A stretch of 54,859 bases of DNA, from the NCBI RefSeq assembly GCF_001194135.2, contig NC_068982.1, positions 170,439,860 to 170,494,718 of the forward strand, given 5' to 3'. Of this stretch, positions 37,248 through 49,245 are shown in pieces. Made by a program: the position numbers and the translations under genes. The first letter of the stretch is position 1, and each line of letters starts with the position of its first letter. The stretch comes from Octopus bimaculoides (lineage: Eukaryota). The notes beneath the pieces are model-generated. The model was given only the letters and a program-made list of their open reading frames with translations. It did no database searches and had not been told where the DNA came from.

Positions 37248-40200
37248 CTGAATACAATGAGAAAACTCACTGGTTGATCTATATATCAAAACACTTGTAG
37301 AGATGTGTTGTCGTACAATTTGGTTTTTAGAGACAAAGCAATCTGCCTGTGTTTTAGTTTAGGTCGTGCAATCTGGGAAATAATATTTAAATAAGAATTA
37401 TTAACTTGTAATATACTTTGGAATATCAACTTCCTAACTATAAATGATAGCTACATTAAACTAAAGCAGATTACTTTCTTTCCACTATATGAGATAGCTA
37501 CACTATATTGTTCAAATGACTGAGAGTCTTGGCTCGTAGTAGAATATGAAATGAGACTGTATAAAGAATGTTTATTTTGGAAACCCACTGAGCATCAGAA
37601 TCAATGACATATTACTTGTAGTTAAAGGGTATTGCAACATGAGCTATTAAGGTATTTTTTGAAGCAGAAACTTCGTCATAACTTAAAAGTAATCTTTTTG
37701 GGAATTAGTCCGAAAATATGCAATAAGCTTATAGATACTATCTCGAATTCAAGAAAGATTTGCATTTTATCGCTAAAATCGTGCCAGCTTCCAATTTTCT
37801 TCTTTGCGTGTTAGCCTTCAAACCTTCGAATATTTTGTCACACATCTATAAACTTCAAAATATATGTGTGAAACGAACTTTAACAGTCACATGGAAAATT
37901 TCTAATGAAGAAAAGCAGTCTGTCTAATATATGTTTCGGATGTTCAAGCCGTTCTTCTACTTGGTATAAACTGCAAAACTACTTAAATGTGAAACAAGTC
38001 TAAATCTTTAGAGCCAAAACAAATATTTAAAAGTTAAGAAAGCTATTAATAAATAATTATTATTCCTTACTAAGCTTCTCTGAGATCCAGACTTCCATTG
38101 TAAGTGAAGCAGAATATAAATAAATAATGAGATACTGTGTTGTAAGAAATAATCAGAAGAAAAGTTGTTTTATTATCTGTCTAAGACAGGGCGCTTACTT
38201 GTATTAATATTTGCAGTACGTAGACACACCACTTTAGTTTTCGACAATAATAAATATTACGGAAGCAGAGACCACCTCCTCGTTTTCAATTTCGTGTCAG
38301 TGATAAAAAGAAAAATAATAATTTTAGTCGGTACACTTTTGCATAAGAGAAAGCTTATAAATATATTATATTTCGAATCTGATATGATACAATTGTGTGA
38401 TTTTGTTGAAATTGTAGTCAATAGTACTATATGAAAGTCTCCAATAGAAAGAAACTTAACTTCTGGAATAACAGATCTGTGAAAGGATTCCTGATAAATA
38501 TTGGTAATATCAATGGCAAATATAATGCCAGTATATTCTTACTTCCACAAATTGATGAACCAATGCGAATATCAACCAAATTTGGTGTCGAAATATTACG
38601 GAAAAAAGTTGGAAGAAAAGTTGTGACCACCTTTTGGAAAATATTTATTGTTTATAGGTAATTTCGAAAAACATACGTACATACATACATACATACATAC
38701 ATACATACATNNNNNNNNNNACATACATACATACATACATACATACATACATAAGTACATACTACGTACGTATATACATAGATACATACATACATGTGTG
38801 TGTATGTGTGTGTGTGTGTGGGTACACATCTTTTAAAAATTTTGAAGGGAAATAGTATTTTTTCATTTTTCTCTTAGCAACACAAAAGGTTTGTTATTCA
38901 AATATCTCGATCTAGTATATAAAATACAACAGGCTTTTAATGGATAGTTTCTAATAAGTAATGATTAATATTGTATCTTATAAATACAGATTAATGTTGT
39001 TTCTGATTATTGAGGATTAATGCCGCCAGTATCTTATACCTAGTGCTTCGTTCACTGCATTCAATACAACATATCATTTCGGGGAAGAAGACAATTCCCC
39101 TTTAATCTTCCATTACATATATAACTACATATACATACATAATCAATCGCATACGCATATACAAACAAAAAAGACATGTATATATGTGTGTGTGGTGGGG
39201 CGTGTGTCTGTGTATATATAAATAGAAACACACACACACACACANNNNNNNNNNNNNNNNNNNNNNNNNNNNNNNNNNNNNNNNNNNNNNNNNNNNNNNN
39301 NNNNNNNNNNNNNNNNNNNNNNNNNNNNNNNNNNNNNNNNNNNNNNNNNNNNNNNNNNNNNNNNNNNNNNNNNNNNNNNNNNNNNNNNNNNNNNNNNNNN
39401 NNNNNNNNNNNNNNNNNNNNNNNNNTATATATATGTATATATATGGAATAATTACTATGAAGCATTGCGTAGAATATATTGTATAAAAGTTCGTGGGTTA
39501 AGTAAATGCAAGGTAAATCACAAGAAAACAAATATGTGAATTAATGTAGAGTTACCGCATATCCGTGCGAATTGTTAGTACTTACACCCAATAACCGCAC
39601 AGAAAGTACTCATGTGCATGAATGAAGATGCGAGACATTCGACCTCATATTATGTCCCCTAAAATCTGTGAATCTGTATCATCACGTTAACAGATTTTAT
39701 TTCTAAATTTAGACAGATATTTTACGAGAAACTTACACCTTCCACCCTCAATTTTAGTAAATTTTCTGAACGTCCGTTCACTGTCATTACTACTGTCATA
39801 CATTCGTTTAAATTTCGAAATTTGTACCAGCCACGTTGCCTTTGACAACGATCCACAGCAAACTCACGTTGGTGAGAATGTCAATGGAATATCTAACGCC
39901 TCTAACCACGGCTCAAGTGCCTACGATTGCATCATGTGCATGTAGATTATTGAGAATTATTACAGTAAATAATTACATTTTGTAATCTGTTACCTTCTTT
40001 TATGTTATCAACCAAAGTTTTCTAGTCTTTTATTTAATTCGTAAATAATTTTATATCTGATGTTTATCGTATATTTTCCGCGTTTAAATATATCCTCTTA
40101 TATCTAACATCGCCAGATTATAATTGTTTTCCAAGGGCCGGTTTATTTTGAGCTATCGTTGATGCTGGTTTTGCTGAGAGTACACTGTGCTGTTGCTTTT

Positions 40201-43200
40201 TGCAGATCTTGCATCACCAGCCGTATAATCAATATGTATCACAGAAGAGTTATTAAAAAGGAATTTTATCTCGTTTCTGCAACATTTTATCCCTTTGTTT
40301 ATTTCTATTCAACAAATATATTTGTTGCATATTACTTTAAGTTATTCTGTGCAACACATTAACCATATTACGGGGAATCTTGTGGAGGGAAGGATAGTGT
40401 CTATTGATGCCAACCTTATATTTATGTTAATATTTTCCCCTTCACTTCCTATTATATTTCAACAAGTAATTGCTTTCCATTTGCTGAGTTTACGGTACGA
40501 ATGGTTTTATAAAGTCATCAAAGTGTAGTGTAGATCAGAAAGACATGCTTCAGTATGTAAACGATTGCATAATTAGAAGACAATGTGCTGATCGATCGCA
40601 TATTAGTTTTTATGCAATGGCTCTCATAAATAACATCTCATAATCATTTAGAAAGCAGTCGATTGAGCAAAATATGGAAAAACATGTTCTGATGACATTG
40701 AAACATCTTTAATAATTGATCTTGTTCGGGATTGTCCTCTGTCTAAACAACGATCTTCATTTTTGGTAAAAGTGAATAACTTACAAAGAGCTACAAATGA
40801 TTTTGTGTATATTACATCAGATTGTATGTTCAAAGGTCGATGGGAAGATATCCCATGTTTCGTTGTCTCTTGGACAGATACACTAATTTATATTAAAAAT
40901 AAAAGCTTCATCTTGCTCACAATCTGTCACATAATTTATGGATTTTCGTGCAGAAACTTTTCTCTGCTTTTATCAGTATCGCTGTCGCAGTCAATATAGA
41001 TCTAAATAAATAAGTTGAAAAAAGGACAGATCCCCAATCTTAACCAATGCCAACATCGTGTCGTTATAGCTGTGAGTACTTAGCTTGCAGAAATCTATTT
41101 AAATCTTCCAAGATACCTTAAATAGGAAACGAAAATCCTATACTGATTACTAAGCATCAAATACGAACCTGAATAATATCAAATGAACGGTGATTCAAGT
41201 AGTTGCTTCTCGAGATGGCTACTATGACGGTACATGTCACGCTAAACGCATCACCATCAGAATACCAAACAATGCTAAATTTATTACAAAATGGATGCAT
41301 GACTATGCATCAAGGAATTCTGCGAAGTCAACTGCCATACATCATACACATTCACATGTACAGCATCGACAACACAGAAACCAAGTCGCATAGACACATA
41401 CACAATGCGTAGAAGTAATACATATATATGTGAGTGGTTGTGTGTTTCTGTATATATACCTGTATGTATGTGTATATATTTATTTAAATGTAATATGTTT
41501 TTAATAGTCTAGTGTCAAAAATATTTAATTAGATAAAAGAAATAACGAGCATGAAATAGGATCTTGTATTTTATATTTGTTTGCTTTTGTATTAATTCAT
41601 TTCCTATGGCACAGTGCAGCAGATGCTTTTCTTCGTTTGTAGCAGGTTGTTGTCATGATTATTTTATTGTTTTGTTATTGTTGTTGTTGTTATTCTCATT
41701 ATTCCTTTTCTTATCTAATTTTCGCACGGAGATCAACAATGTATTGCTGAAATATGCAAATATCGGCAAAAATATAATCTGTACAATCTGTATATTAATA
41801 CATAAATACCTATATCAACACCTGCATGCTAATGTGCATATATATATNNNNNNNNNNNNNNNNNNNNNNNNNNNNNNNNNNNNNNNNNNNNNNNNNNNNN
41901 NNNNNNNNNNNNNNNNNNNNNNNNNNNNNNNNNNNNNNNNNNNNNNNNNNNNNNNNNNNNNNNNNNNNNNNNNNNNNNNNNNNNNNNNNNNNNNNNNNNN
42001 NNNNNNNNNNNNNNTATATATATATATATATTATATATATATATATATATTATATGTATATATATAAATATATGTATATGTACATAAATATTATGATATA
42101 TATATGTATGCATTATAAAGATATAATGTATATGTATATATATATATATATGTATAATGCTAATCTGTTCATAAACATTTTTTCGTCAAAGTAGGCGTGC
42201 TTGTTTGTGAATAAGGAAGTGCGTACATATGTGAGCATGTTACTGTGTGTGCTTTTACATTTTTTTGTGCAAGCGGGTGCATATAGCTACCATTTCCCCT
42301 CAACATTTTACGTCCTCAGGCAAGCTTTGAACTTCACTAATGAGATTTACGGAGACATATTTTTATTAGCTTGTAGCCAAAATTATCCTGCTATGTTTCT
42401 ATGTAATTCAGACCTCCGACTGATATTATTTCGACTGAAATATTTCTTGCATTTGGCAATATATCTATGTATTTTATATATTCAGTTGTTTGTTTCAAAT
42501 GTGTTTTTAATATTAATATTTTTTTCTTAATTTTGGAAAATATAATACTATATTTCCGAAATATATTTTACGAACACTTTTTTGAAAATACATCAATTCC
42601 TTATTTTTACATACGAAGCGTTATATTTTCTAGAAGAAGGGGAAAAACTGGAAGAAAATGAAACAAATGAGTTGTGATATTTATGCCTTTCCTAAGAATT
42701 TTAGTTATAGATGAGTGTTTGTTTTTCAAGAAAGTATACAATATTTGGAATATATCTAGAACTCTTTGGGAAAATATCAATTTCGTACCAGTATTAAAAG
42801 AGATGTTCTCTCTGAAAAAAAAAAAAAGACAAATGTTGCTTCTGATATTTAAGCTGTTCCCAAGAACATTATTTATGTATTTGAAAATATTTACATTTAA
42901 AAATATATAATATACCAATATATATAATATATTTCCTTGCAGGAGTTATCAAACTCTTACGTAGATAGAAATTAAGATAAGATTTGGGAAAAAAAAGTAT
43001 GTCTATCTACCCGTGTGTGTATCTTCACAGATACTTAGAATCACAAGCACAGAGACACGAAAGCATCCGTTCATACTCAAGTAAATATACACACTTACGC
43101 AAAGTCTATCATGGATTTCTGTGTATGTATGTATGTATCTATGTATGTATGTGTATATGCATGTATGTATATAAATATGTATTTATGTATGCATATGAGT

Positions 43201-43740
43201 ATGTATGTACGTACAAACGCATGTCATTATTCAGTTTCATCTCAAGATTTCTTGCCAATCGAGAAAGAGCCGGTTTCTAAATCAGATGCAAGCACCATCA
43301 TTGCGATTTCAATCGCATGAACAACTTATTTTTGTATGCATGTATGTATGTATGTATATGTGCAGATTTGTATGTTTTGTTTTATGTCTGTATTCTCATG
43401 CGTATAGTTCCATGTCTAGACATGCTCATATACACTTGAATGACAAACTTTTGGAAGGTTTTACACATTTTTACAGTCCCAGTCATAGTTTGGCTCTGTT
43501 GTCTTGGAATCAGCTTCCTCCTTTCTGGTTTTGTGAAGCCTCATTTCTCAAGATTGGTACTTAGGCAGTGTGTTACATATCCTAGTGCCCCAATAATTAC
43601 AGGTATAAACCTGAACTATTTATCTGGATAAAGTATCTATAGGTTCCTCAATAGTTCAGCGTGAGTGTTTTATTTTTTGCTGATCTTTAGCTGTATGTTA
43701 TCATCCGATGGGCATTTGATTTCCAAAACTGTACACAATT

Positions 43741-43772
<32 letters not shown>

Positions 43773-43974
43773 TGTATGTATGTATGTATGTATGTATGTA
43801 TGTATGTATGCATGCATGCATGTATGTATGCATGTATGTATGTATGTGTGTGTACGTATGTATGTATGTTTGTATGTATGTATGTATGCATGTATGCATG
43901 TATGTATGTGTGTATATACATATACANNNNNNNNNNATATATATATATATACAAACATATATGTAAATATACAC

Positions 43975-45006
43975 CACTCTGCTCTCACTACCTCCATCCA
44001 CTACAAACACACCCACACACATCCACACCTTAACTTCTCCTCCTCCCACCCTACCCACACCAAGCTCCCCATCCCCATACTCCCAATTCCTCCGTCTGCG
44101 CCGGCTCTGCAGTGACAACCATGACTTTGAGACTCAGTCTCAACTCATGGTGCGCCACTTCATCCTTCGTGGATATCCCCTCGCCACTATTCACACAGCT
44201 CTTGTCAGAGCATGTTCCGCGGACCGTGACTCTGCTCTCTCCCCGCATCCACTCCACCGTTGCCCGTCTCCCGTTTCCCCTCACCTACCGCTCCTTCACC
44301 CTGACCCTCCAGTGCACCATTCTGTGAGCCTTCCTGTGACTCCAGTTCGACCACTCCAACTCGTACATCCTTTTCACCTTCAAACGAGCCCACAACCTGC
44401 GTGACCTCCTGGTCGACAGTTTCTTCCCTAACCTAACTTCCCAACCTGACTTCTTCCCCTGCTCCCACCCACGTTGCCACAGTTGCCCCTACATCTTGAA
44501 TACTACCATCCTCACAGGCACCCATCGAAACGCCTATCATATCGCCGACTCCTTTACTTGCACTACTAGCAACGTCATTTACTGCATCTCCTGCTCTTTC
44601 TGCTAAATGGGACGCCGCTTGGCTGACCGGCTCGCGGAGCACCTACGAGACATCAGACTCGGCAATGACACCTTGATCTCGCGCCATTTCCGCTCTATCG
44701 GTTATTCACAACACCTGTCTCTGTTCGGATTGTCTTTGCACAGGGACCATCCGGACTCCTGCCTTCGCCATGAACAGGAATTAATCTTCTCTCTTCGCTC
44801 CTTTGCCTGACGTTGATTCAACTCCCCTCATCTCTTCATCTGACTCCCCTCCACACCTCTATTCATCTACACTAACTTCTCTTCATTCCTACCCACCTCT
44901 CCTATCCTCCCTTCCTCTGACACCTACTTCCCCTCTTCACTCACACCTTCCTTTTCTTTTCATTGATATGCCTCCACCCACATCCCACTCCTACAAACAA
45001 TACTCC
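43975..45006 (+). mobile_element. Penelope-like element (Neptune-like), RT thumb + Cys linker + GIY-YIG C-part + 3' UTR
   Basis: Frameshifted translation: LNFSSSHPTHTK, IPYSQFLRLRRLCSD, LRGYP, FKRAHNLRDLLV, CSHPRCHSCPYI, FTCTTSNVIYCISCSFC, GRRLADRLAEHLRDI, HEQELIFSLRS. The YIG motif is deleted. A pyrimidine-rich 3' UTR runs into an N gap. Confidence 0.9.
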
Positions 45007-45049
45007 CNNNNNNNNNNGTAGTATTTCACTCAAGTGGATCATTCTCAGC

Positions 45050-45545
45050 ACGAATATCAATGGGGAAATACTGCCCTCCCACCAGGAAGATTTCTCTCTT
45101 GATTTTCACTTCTCCTAGTACTTGCTTCTCTGCTGTCTATTCCATTCTCCAGTATTTCATGTTATTCCATATAAAGCTTCTCATATTCTCTGTTACTCCA
45201 TACATTTCCATTGTTTTTATCATCCAGTAGTGTGGTATCATATCGTATGCTTTGCGATAGTCAACCCATGCCATGGTCAAGTTTGTATGTCTTCTCTTGC
45301 AGTTCCTGATAATTAGATTATCAATTAAGAGCTGATCCTTCGTTCTCCGGCTCTTTTTCGGCACCCTTTCTGTTCTATGGGTAGCAGCCCATTTTGTTTT
45401 TACCAAGTATCTGTACAGTTTACCGGCCAAAGCACCTGACATTAGTTTCTACCTTAGCCGAAGGCATGTTATTGGTCTAAAGTTGGATTTCCCTTTTCAG
45501 GATCCTTGGCACATAAAAATTTGTTTTTCATCTTTGTCATCCAGG
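45050..45545 (-). mobile_element. R4/Dong-type LINE reverse-transcriptase fragment
   Basis: NFRPITCL...KKSRRTKDQLLIDNLIIRNCKRRHTNLTMAWVDYRKAYDMIPHYW, matching the TKDQLLIDK and WIDYKKAYD.VPH motifs of R4/Dong RTs. Confidence 0.88.
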
Positions 45546-48454
45546 TAGCAAGCACTCATCTAGCTGTTATTTCTCTATGCTTGATGTTACAATGTATACG
45601 AAGTTTAAAAGTAGACAAACCCTCGGTACACAGACACTGACAGAGTTTATCAATACCACAGTCCATGGCATATTCAACATAACTTGTAACTATATTACTA
45701 TATTATTTGTACTTATTGACAAGTTCCTTAGACCATGTAAGCTGCGCTTACATGCACTAAATACTAAGTAAAACTATTATTTTCATAATGGTAAAAAAAT
45801 AACTTTGCTTCATAATGTTTATAAATGAAAGAACAGTGTAGTATTTTTACACAGTTACTTACTAAAATCAAAATTTACATGGTATACGTTAGAAGTTTTA
45901 ATGCTATTTCTTTTATTCTTCGTTTGCTGCGTTGTTATCTAAAATATTCATGTTTCCTTTTGATTGAAACTGCAGGGATACTTATTGGAAACTTCAGTGA
46001 TCTCAACAGCAGGAATGACTGTCTAGTTACTCTATTTCATATAACATTGTAAAAGAAAAAATTCTTTTAAATAATCTTAGACCAAGCAGATATGGCGCAT
46101 GAAGAAATTAGTCTGAAGCCTCCATAGCTCTTCAATGCCTGTACGAAAGTGTGTATATTTGTTGGTCCTCAGGTAAGTGTCAACCACGGAAACTTGAACA
46201 AAAATTATCCAAGTTCAAAAGGGTTGTATGTAGTGCATTTTGCGTAGTTGTTCATGGATGTGTGATGACTTATAAGCTTCCTAACTGCAAGGAGAACGGG
46301 GAAGTGCAACGCTATGGGAAGAAAGACTTCTACTACGAGTCTTTAAGATTGCATTCTTGTATTTACATCCTGATCGTTTGTACGAAAACTTAGGGGACGT
46401 GAATGAGAGCATAGTGAATTGTTTTACTCAAACATCACCACAATTGAGTAAATAATACAGAATCCATCAATAACGGGAGACTATATGTGGTTTCTGGTTA
46501 GAAATGATTAGAAAAGAAGGCAGTTACAAAAGAAGTTCGATTTTAAGGACGCATTTAACATCGAAAATGTTCCATATTTTCTGCAATTGTCAATTATATG
46601 TTAAACACATAATTTTTGAGCGAAGTATAATAGTTCCGAATTTGTTACTTATGCTTGTTGAAAATTTTTATTGAAAAATTTTGAGTAAATTAAACACGAA
46701 ATTGATTTATTATGCACTAACGTATGAGTAAAAATGACGCCAACACCTAGCTCAAGGCGAAATTTGTATTTTGTAATCGTTTAATACAAAAATAAAATTA
46801 TTTTCCGAAAACATCGACGACATGCGAAAACTAAAATGATTTTTAGATCAGCGCCAAAAAAAAAAAAAATGCGTATTAATACCCAAAAAATTTAGATAGC
46901 CAAAACATGTGTTACATAGTGTTATTTACAATTTATTTTCATCTCTGCGTCATTGAAAACTTGATCTTTAAAATTCTCTCAGACGATATTCATTGAAATG
47001 ATATCTGGTAATTCTCTTCAACACTTTCTTTTAATTGTAGTTAATCTTCTTTTGAATGAAAATAAAATAAATAATGTCGAACGCAAGGTGTTATTCGCTT
47101 CCACCTATTAATTATAGGAAAGTGTAAGTGAACCTGTGAGAAAAAAAATACACCTATTTCTACTTGAAAAAATATGCCTATTTGAGATATTTACAAAGGT
47201 AAAACTGAAGTTTTATAATTACAAATCCCTCAATTATGTCTGTCTATTCTCATATCATTGCATGTTATATCCCTGACTTTATTGCTGTTGTTGTTGATGC
47301 TGAAGTTTTTACTTTTAAGGTTGATGTAATTTTGATGATGCCGTTGGTGATTTTGGCTGTCTAGGTTCTAATACACCTCGGATCGCACAGGTATATCATT
47401 CGAGTCATGACTATTCGGTTTTTCGTTGAATATAGTGGAATATCAATTTGAAGGAGACTTAGCTACTATGACTAGCAGGCCAAGCGGCCATATACGGGTT
47501 CCTTCATTGCCTCACAATTTCCCTTGCACTGAAATATCATTTTTATGAATATCATACCCACTTTTTCTGGTATATGCTTAGATCTATGAAGCCATAGCAT
47601 TTAGTATATTATACCCATATAATATATCAACAATTTCAGGAGTTTAGTATTTGGATTATACGTTTGAATGTGATATCAAGAATTATGATTAAAAATACGA
47701 ATAAAAAGTATGCAATTACTGCATTACGTTGTGTGAAAAGGGAATGTATATCATGGTTGGATGATAAAAGAAATTTGTCAACATAAATATTCGAGCTGGA
47801 AAAAATAATTTTGCGTGTGTTATCAAGAAGCGAAGTTGCAAATATCGGATTGAAAATGGCCGAAGAATGTGTGACGCTTGAAGTAGAGCTGAGTATGATA
47901 AGCGGTCGGTGAGTCATGTAAAATAAAGTGGGCTGAGACATCAGCTCGTATGAAAAGTTAAGAATGAGAAAGAGCGTAAGAAAATGTGTATGAATGAAAA
48001 GGTGTGTATGAAACTTGCGACAAGAAAAGAGGAGGTAAAACGCAAAAATGAGTAGAAGGAAAATAACGTGTTTGTTAGAGTATAGAGTTGGGATGGAGAG
48101 AAGTAGTTCGTTTTGCATAGTGGCAAAGCAAACTCGTTTGGAATCTGCAGATATTTACAGTTATGCAGAAGAATCAGTTATGCTAAGCCTAGAAATAAAA
48201 TAGATAAATGAATGTATAGGAATGTCTCAGTATCAGTTGTAGATTCCAGCGAGGAGAGGGCAATCTTCCACCTGGAAGGACAATCTGCCGTGGAAGATGT
48301 GTTGGGTGAAGTTGTTCCATGCACTATATACATACATACACACTCACATGCATACATACATATATACATACATACATAAGTATAAAAAGAGGCATATTCT
48401 CGAGCGCTATGTAGCACTCGAGCACATTAAGGCCGGTTTCCCTACTTCCGTGGC

Positions 48455-48497
<43 letters not shown>

Positions 48498-48699
48498 AGG
48501 TATTGGTATCCAGAAGACCCAAGGTGGTAGGTAATGCAAGTGTTGTGGAAGGACCGTAGGTAAACTCTCGGTTCGATAATTATACGAGTCAGGAGTCTAA
48601 TGCGGGTCTTGTTTGGGCATGTATATGTTAAATAAATTGCGACAACAAAGCTAGGGCTGTGTGGAATTTTCAGGACATTTATAAAGAGAAGGTTAGAGT

Positions 48700-48741
48700 T
48701 ACAGCTGTTTCTGGGATATTAGGGATATCACTTCATCATAG
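48700..48741 (-). ncRNA. Degenerate hammerhead motif (left arm)
   Basis: Minus strand: CT(AT)GATGA-AGTGATAT-CCCTA-ATATCCCA-GAAAC-AGCT-GTA. The core has a 2-nt insertion and stem I is not formed. Confidence 0.55.
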
Positions 48742-48898
48742 ATGATGTGAGATTGTTAAATAAAGAGAAATATTAGAATTCAATATGAGGAGTTATTCTG
48801 TAAAAGGAAGCAAATAATTTCCCTATATACTCCTCTTTTTGCTTCATTTTCCCAAATAACTTCTCATATTGAACTCTAATATAACCATCTCATATCTT

Positions 48899-48939
48899 CT
48901 GTGATGAAGGGATATCCTTAATATCCCAGAACAGCTGTA
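48899..48939 (+). ncRNA. Degenerate hammerhead motif (right arm)
   Basis: CT(GT)GATGA-AGGGATAT-CCTTA-ATATCCCA-GAAC-AGCT-GTA. Stem II (GGGATAT/ATATCCC) is perfect; the core has a 2-nt insertion and has lost one A of GAAAC. Confidence 0.55.
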
Positions 48940-49059
48940 AAACTGACTTTCTCTTTATAAATGACCTGAAAATGCCACACAGCCTTGGCTTTGTTGTCTC
49001 ATTTTATTTAATATATATATATATTGAGGGAGAGAGAGAAAGAGAGAGAGAGAGATGGA

Positions 49060-49245
49060 TGGATAGATTTACACACTGGACATGACGCCGGTTCATCTCA
49101 AGGTTACTCATCTTTCCCTGCTGCGTGAACTAGAGCAACGTTCTAACGTAACGTTTTGCTCAAAAACAACGCATTGCCCAGGAATTGAAACCAGCATCTT
49201 ACGCTCATGAGTCCAACTCTCTAACGACCAGGCTGCTCACCTTCA
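49060..49245 (-). mobile_element. SINE family C, degenerate
   Basis: gaactagagcaacg...ttttgctcaaaaacaacgcattgcccaggaattgaaacc...ctaacgaccaggctgctcaccttcacac parallels 31670-31797. Confidence 0.7.

Larger units (their letters stand above)
48495..49018. mobile_element. Second palindromic Penelope-like terminal element (diverged relative of 9990-10872)
   Basis: Inverted arms ~48622-48815 and ~48838-49018, each with a degenerate HHR. The left-only extension shares GAGGTATTGGT, AGGTAATGC and GGTTCGATAAT with 9993-10085. Confidence 0.75.

Noticed and set aside
38427-38661. Overlapping ORFs and an exon-like segment
   Set aside because: No recognisable product; the sequence resembles AT-rich transposon-terminal DNA.
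40689-40710. CTGATGA-CATT-GAAAC as a hammerhead
   Set aside because: Only 4 nt lie between the core halves (no stem II possible), with no GUH or stem I.
47636-48118. 160-aa minus-strand ORF
   Set aside because: The pyrimidine-rich strand is depleted of stop codons, giving an F/L/S/I-biased product with no splice or homology support.
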